Source of the DNA: Octopus sinensis
Lineage: Eukaryota
Direction of reading: 5' to 3'
Assembly: GCF_006345805.1 (NCBI RefSeq)
Contig: NW_021825266.1
Coordinates: 1-16,041 of the forward strand
Length of the DNA: 16,041 nucleotides
Below are positions 9,874 to 16,041 of this stretch, piece after piece. The notes under the pieces are model-generated. The model searched no databases and was not told where the DNA came from. It worked only from the letters and a program-made list of their open reading frames with translations. The stretch's first letter is position 1, and the number at the start of each line of letters is the position of its first letter. The position numbers and the translations under genes are program-made.

Positions 9874-10078
9874 TTGTGTGTCTGTGTTCGTCCCCCCCCC
9901 GAACATCGCTTGACAACCGATGCTGGTGTGTTTACGTCCCCCGTAACTTAGCGGCCCGGCAAAAGAGACCGATAGAATAAGTACTAGGCTTGCGAAGAAT
10001 AAGTCCTGGGGTCGACTTGCTAGACTAAAGGTGGTGATCCAGCATGGCCACAGTCGAATGCCTAAAAGAGTAAAAGAG
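9861..10078 (+). mobile_element. SINE family B copy 4 (3' half only)
   Basis: Matches 8225-8430 (aacatcgcttgacaaccgatgctggtgtgtttacgtc...ccagcatggccacagtc); tail aaaagagtaaaagag. Confidence 0.9.
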
Positions 10079-10217
10079 AGAGCGCGAGAGATTATAAGAA
10101 CAACTGCACAAATAACATTAAGTCTATCAATACCATTTATACCAGCACCGTTCTCTCTTATTATCACTTCTACCAACATCGATCCTGCAACAACAATTCT
10201 TACAATACTAATTATAC

Positions 10218-10438
10218 ATATTTCTTTATTACCCACAAAGGGGCTAAACACAGAGGGAACAAACAAGGACAGACATAGGTATGAAGTCGATTACATCGAC
10301 CCCAGTGCGTAACTGGTACTTAATTTGTCGACCCCGAAAGGATGAAAGGCAAAGTCGACCTCGGCGGAATTTGAACTCACAACGTAACGCAGACGAAATA
10401 CCGCTAAGCATTTCGCCCGGCGTGCTAACGTTTCTGCC
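10218..10438 (-). mobile_element. tRNA-derived SINE, family A copy 4 (long-tail type, ~11 nt 5'-truncated) with perfect 13-bp TSD
   Basis: atactaattatac at 10205-10217 and 10439-10451; body matches A2. Confidence 0.93.
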
Positions 10439-10774
10439 ATACTAATTATACCAACATGAATTCTACCAGCGCCAATTCTATCAATGTCAAATCTATCACC
10501 ACTAATAGTACTAATACTAATTCTTCAATTATTCAAACACGAATTCTTGCAACAACATTTCTACCAACTTCAATTCTAAGAACACCAGTTCGTACAACAT
10601 TAATTCTACGAACATCAATTTTAACGATGCCATTTCTACTATTTCTATCAGTACCAATCCTGCTAACAACGACTGTGCCAGTACTGATTCTACCAGATAC
10701 ATTTTTACCAGCCAAATTCTACCAACATCAGTTGTGTAGCAACAATTCTTACTGCACAAGTTCTCCTAATACTA

Positions 10775-11340
10775 TTGGGTTGTCCGGAAAGTTCATGCCG
10801 ATTTATAGTAGCTTACCTTTCGACTTATTTTAGAACATGGTTGAGTCCATAAAATAAGGATTTGACTACACCTCCATTTAGAGCACAGTTTAAGCTATCT
10901 TTTCGTGGAAGAAGGTTTATGTTCCTATAACCTGTGTTAATTCTCTAACCCTTTCAAATGGAAGATAAGAAAGTTCATTTTCGGCACTTGATGCTTTGAG
11001 AACCAGACGAAAATTGCTGCAGCTCGGCTGGGATGTGTTACCCTACCCTCCATATTCACCAGATATTGCTCCTTCGGATTTCCACTTATTCAGGTCTCTG
11101 CAGAATAGTCTTAATGGTAAAAATTTCAATTCCTTGGATGACGTAAAAAGATACCTTGATGAATTCTTTGTCATGAAACCACCTCGATTCTGGGAAGAGG
11201 GTATTTTCAAATTAAGGGAAAGATGGAGACACATTATGCAACAAAATGGTTCATATTTGGTTGATTAAAAATGTAATGGCAAGTATTAATTGACCTTTTT
11301 TTCCCTTGAAAAATCGGCACGAACTTTCCAGACAACCCAA
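10775..11340 (+). mobile_element. Internally deleted, non-autonomous mariner (Tc1/mariner) DNA transposon, 566 bp
   Basis: 30-bp TIRs ttgggttgtccggaaagttcatgccgattt (10775-10804) and aaatcggcacgaactttccagacaacccaa (11311-11340), 28/30 match. TA at 10773-10774 and 11341-11342. Confidence 0.95.
10958..11268 (+). pseudogene. Mariner transposase remnant: 13-aa N-terminus fused out of frame to the C-terminal ~90 aa
   Basis: ATG at 10958 gives MEDKKVHFRHLML then TGA (10997-10999). The frame from 10996 gives LRTRRKLLQLGWDVLPYPPYSPDIAPSDFHLFRSLQNSL..., with the mariner YSPDLAPSD-type motif carrying the third catalytic D; stop at 11266-11268. Confidence 0.9.
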
Positions 11341-11556
11341 TACTTTTACCGATGCTAATTCTACAAGTCCCCTCTCTGCACCTATTCTACCGGCACTACT
11401 TCAACATACATCATTTCTACCATCGCTAATTCTACCAATACAGATATGAATGTCAACAATAGCATCCCTTTCACTACGTTACTCAAAAATACGATCTTCG
11501 ATCGTCATCTGACTTGCACTACTAAAGAACAATCAAAACAACGAACCTCAACAGCA

Positions 11557-11959
11557 GTAGAAGCGCAATGGCCCAGTGGTTAGGGCAGCGGACTCGCGGT
11601 CGGAGGATCGCGGTTTCGATTCCCAGACCGGGCGTTGTGTGTGTTTATTGAGCGAAAACACCTAAAAGCTCTACGAGGCTCCGGCAGGGGGTGGTGGCGA
11701 CACCTGTTGTACTCTTTCGCCCCAACTTTCTCTCACTCTTTCTTCCTGTTTCATTCCCCGACTTCCTACGCAACCGCTGAGCCTGGATGAGCATTCATCC
11801 ATCCGTCGATGCTCTCGGTGTCGAGGGTTGACCTGCTTTTTTCTTCTGCGGGTCTTACGAATAGCAAAGGACCACGTTTCGGACTTCTACAGACAATCCT
11901 GAGGCGCGATCTTGCGAGCTCTGGGACGAAGACCGCTTCGCTCAGCAAACAAACAAACA
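11557..11959 (+). mobile_element. tRNA-derived SINE, family F (full length, 403 bp) with 13-bp TSD and (CAAA)n tail
   Basis: A box TGGCCCAGTGG and B-box-like GGTTTCGATTCCC. TSD aacctcaacagca at 11544-11556 and 11960-11972. The head aligns with a tRNA-Arg-like scaffold. Confidence 0.9.
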
Positions 11960-12014
11960 AACCTCAACAGCAACAACTACATCAAGTGAATAAGCCAACC
12001 TCTTACTACCTGGT

Positions 12015-12406
12015 CACTCAACCTCCAAGAAATAGAAGTCAAGTCACTCCAAAATCACATCTCAAAGTCTTAAGGAATGAACATGTTTTATAATATCATC
12101 TTGGGTTCTCTGCTTATTAAAGAAAAAAAGACAGCATGGGCATGGCTGGAGTGACTTTGGTGATACGGTATGCTTAATCAGGGCGAGCCTAAGGCTAAAT
12201 AACAATGAAACAACATAGCTCTACGTAACCGCTCGATTTGCTAGTGATAATAGTCAAACTCTCTCAAATCACACTTTAAATAGAAAGAACGCATTGGATT
12301 ATGATTGTTGTCCAAAATGTTCACAAAAGGCGGAATGGTCACGGCTAGAATACTTTTTACTAAATATTTGCTTGATGAGGCCTAGCCCGGCAGTATAGAG
12401 CAACAA
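12015..12406 (+). mobile_element. Two tandem diverged fragments of repeat family E (about 12015-12206 and 12226-12406)
   Basis: Mutual motif similarity (tc.caaaatcacatct / tctcaaatcacactt; ggcatggctggag / gtcacggctagaa; tgcttaatcagggc / tgcttgatgaggcc) and similarity to 6958-7143. Confidence 0.5.
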
Positions 12407-12434
12407 ACATTGACAAACGCCAAAACAGAACACT

Positions 12435-12885
12435 GTAACAACAACAACAACAACAACAACAGCAGCAGCAACAACAGCAACAACAATAACAACAACAGCA
12501 ACAACAACAACAGCAACAACAACAAAAACAACAACAACAACTACCAATACAGGAACAAACAACACCAATAGCGAGAGAAAGAACACGACCCTTGTAACAA
12601 CAACACTAGCATTGACACCATAACCATCACCACCACCACCAACAACAACAACAACAACAACAACAACACCATCGACAACAACTACAACAACACCAGCAAC
12701 AATACCAATAACAACAACAACAATTACAATAACACGACAGCACCGTTTACAAGGGCAGCAACAGCTCGGGAAATGCCTGATTATAAACAGCCGTCTGTGA
12801 AATTTATTGCTGTCGACTAGCTGTCTTTTGTTGGTAACATGACAAATCTGGTACCAAAACTACTACTACTAATACCACCACCACA

Positions 12886-12920
<35 letters not shown>

Positions 12921-13100
12921 CACCAAAATCACTACTACTACTACTAATACTATTACTAATACTAATACTGCTGCTGTTGCTGCTGCAACTACTACTACTA
13001 CTGTTCCTGCTACTGCTGTTACTATTACTACATACATACATACATACTGCTGTTACTATTACTACGACTATTACTACTACTACTGGTGATGGTGGTGGTG
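12435..13100. repeat. (CAA/CAG)n arrays (12435-12725) and (CTA/CCA/GGT)n arrays (12858-13100)
   Basis: Direct reading. Confidence 0.9.
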
Positions 13101-13200
13101 GTGGTGGTATAGCCGCTGTTTCCGCTGTGCTGAAATCAAACCTAGAACCAAATACATAGAGAATTATTAGGTATGGGTGACACTGGTAGATGCACACTTA

Positions 13201-14117
<917 letters not shown>

Positions 14118-15156
14118 GAATGGTTTTTATTGGCGTAGTTCTGTTTAAAATACTATATAAAATTCTATGGCTGGTTGACATTTATAGAGGCATCCTATTT
14201 AGATATTTAGTGATGTAAATCTACATAAAATAACAGTGACAAACCCACTTCTTAGTTATTTACTGACACAGGTCTTATGTAAAACACTGTAGGTGGGTGA
14301 CGTTGATAGTTGTACACTATAAGGTCAATTACAGAGCTTTCCCAAATAAAATGGTATGGCTTGATGGCACTGATAGACATAGTTATTACATCGATACAGT
14401 TACTGCAAGAAACCACTAGCTAATAATCGAGTAATGATCATTTACTATTCAGTAATGACCGAACAAACCCGTAATGAATATCATTCCAGTCCTTCCTTAT
14501 CTAAGTCTCTATTGGTTGTTATTCGAGGAATATTTACTCTGATATCATTTGCCATTTGTGTGTCCAGGTGCTTGTGAGAGAGATATTTCTCTGTTGCTCC
14601 TAAGTGCAGGTCGATCAACCACATAAAGGAAGCGTCGTTGCTCATGAAAGTAAATCTGTGTACATTATATAATTTATGGTATTAAAACTGTGTGTCACAC
14701 ATGATAGACAGCCGGTTGTTAACGCAGAGTTGAGACTAAATTTAACTATATGGATGTCAGGAGGTTAGTGATATACAGCTAGTTATTGCTCACCATATTA
14801 GCTCCTCACTTTCTCTGATTCCTTCCCTCTATATTTTTCTTACTCCCTCTCTCCTTTTCTCTCTCATTCTCTAACACAAATAAAATAAGATTAATACATT
14901 TGTACTGTCAGATCCCAGAGCAGTTCTTGCGATGAGATTTCCGTACATATATTAACGAAGGCAATAAGGTGTCTGCGTTTCTCATACTGCCATCTGGATC
15001 TGTTCGCTGTCTAGTACAGTCAGCAATATGTGTGGGTTTTACATGCTAGTTCTACACTTAGTAATTCTTGACAGAAACCATATCACTGCAGGTATTTTCC
15101 TTGAACAGTGATATTTGAAACTCGCTGAAACAACCAAGAAGCTTTTCATTTATCAG

Positions 15157-15238
15157 CGCAAGTTTCAACCAAGCGAATGTCATGATGCTTTAGAAAAACT
15201 GAAGGGTCGTGGTCGAGAAATTAATGTCGAAGGACCAT
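15157..15238 (+). other. Possible 82-nt internal coding exon (RKFQPSECHDALEKLKGRGREINVEGP), product unknown
   Basis: Acceptor-like cttttcatttatcag and donor-like gtatgc; only one of the three frames is open. The peptide is not recognised. Confidence 0.2.
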
Positions 15239-16041
15239 GTATGCCTATAGTCTCAAAAGCGAGAAACTGGAAAAGAATATGGGATGTCGAACCCTAATAT
15301 TTACAGCTCTTTATCAGCTATATTCTGTATGAGGCTGAAGAGGACTTCAATTGAATCTTACGCAAACAATGAAAATATTCCACAACAGATATTTCCTGTA
15401 TTGATATGAGAAAGCAGTTACTCCGTCCGGACAATAATATCTAAACCCATTTGGCTTTCAATAGGTATCATACAGTAGCGTAGCTAGCGTGTAAGTCACC
15501 CGGAGCAGCCCTTGAGTTTTTCGTACCCGCCTCCACCGAGCCAATTACAGCATATACAGGCTTATTCAGTAGACCCCAAAGTCTCCCTCTCCTTCATAAA
15601 AGCGTCATCTAGGACATACAGCTCCCCTCCGCATAGCTACTGGTATTATGTACAAACCACACGATTTTCGAAGGCTCGGATCAAATGTGACAGGCAGTTT
15701 TCCACCAGTCATTCGAAGGCTGGTAATAAATGTGACTGACGGTGTTGGTTAATAATCATTTTGGAAATAAATCGATAACAACCTCAGTAACAATTGGAAT
15801 ACGTCAACGAATTCTCTTCTGCTTATGGAAACAGTTAACAATGCATAAAACCCAGTTAAGTGGTTTAATATTTTTGAATGTTTTTTTCCTGTTTTCAAGT
15901 CGCATTCAACGCACCTCTTGCTCTTAACAAGAAGTTTTAAACAAATAAATGTAGAAAATAAAGATGCTACGCAAGTAGATTACTACTACTACTACTACTG
16001 CTGCTGCAACCGTTACTACCACTGCAGGTATACATGTGTAG

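Larger units (their letters stand above)
10115..11455. repeat. Degenerate ~15-bp minisatellite (consensus about AATTCTACCAAYAYY), interrupted by SINE A4 and a mariner
   Basis: Units such as aattctaccagcgcc, aattctatcaatgtc, atttctaccaacttc, aattctacgaacatc and aattctaccaacatc occur on both sides of both insertions. Confidence 0.75.

Noticed and set aside
10456-10833. 125-aa Ser/Thr/Asn-rich ORF as a mucin or glycoprotein gene
   Set aside because: It starts just after a SINE TSD, shifts between repeat frames and ends inside the mariner TIR/UTR; it is a minisatellite read-through.
10996-11268. Functional transposase or SETMAR-like host gene
   Set aside because: Only the C-terminal ~90 aa remain, with no in-frame ATG, no SET domain, and TIRs and TA duplications on both sides.
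11560-11635. Functional tRNA gene (Ala-CGC or Arg)
   Set aside because: The anticodon stem pairs at only 3/5 and the T stem at about 2/5. The sequence continues into a 330-bp body with a tail and TSD, so it is a SINE head.
15512-15927. ORFs 15512..15739 and 15742..15927
   Set aside because: They start at non-ATG codons, have no recognisable domain or convincing splice boundaries, and are of a length expected by chance.

Overview
This is repeat-saturated, AT-rich eukaryotic genomic DNA, with no prokaryotic features and no intact protein-coding gene that I can support. The SINE sequences and the very high microsatellite density look like octopus (coleoid cephalopod) DNA; that is my recognition, not a database result. 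The window holds about 11 tRNA-headed SINE copies in four working families (A x5, B x4, C x1, F x1), three with clear target-site duplications. It also holds a decayed RTE-clade LINE 3' end split by a SINE, a 566-bp internally deleted mariner with 30-bp TIRs and TA duplications, three copies of an unclassified ~550-bp element (D) bordered by (AAT)n/(GAT)n, three diverged fragments of another repeat (E), a degenerate 15-bp minisatellite and many compound microsatellites. Nearly all ORFs in the supplied track are microsatellite or SINE artefacts. Only ~14.12-15.98 kb is largely non-repetitive, with a weak exon candidate. The most promising observations are element D (possible microsatellite-targeting non-autonomous retroelement), the mariner deletion derivative, and modular exchange among the SINEs. 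I see no strong evidence for a new gene system.
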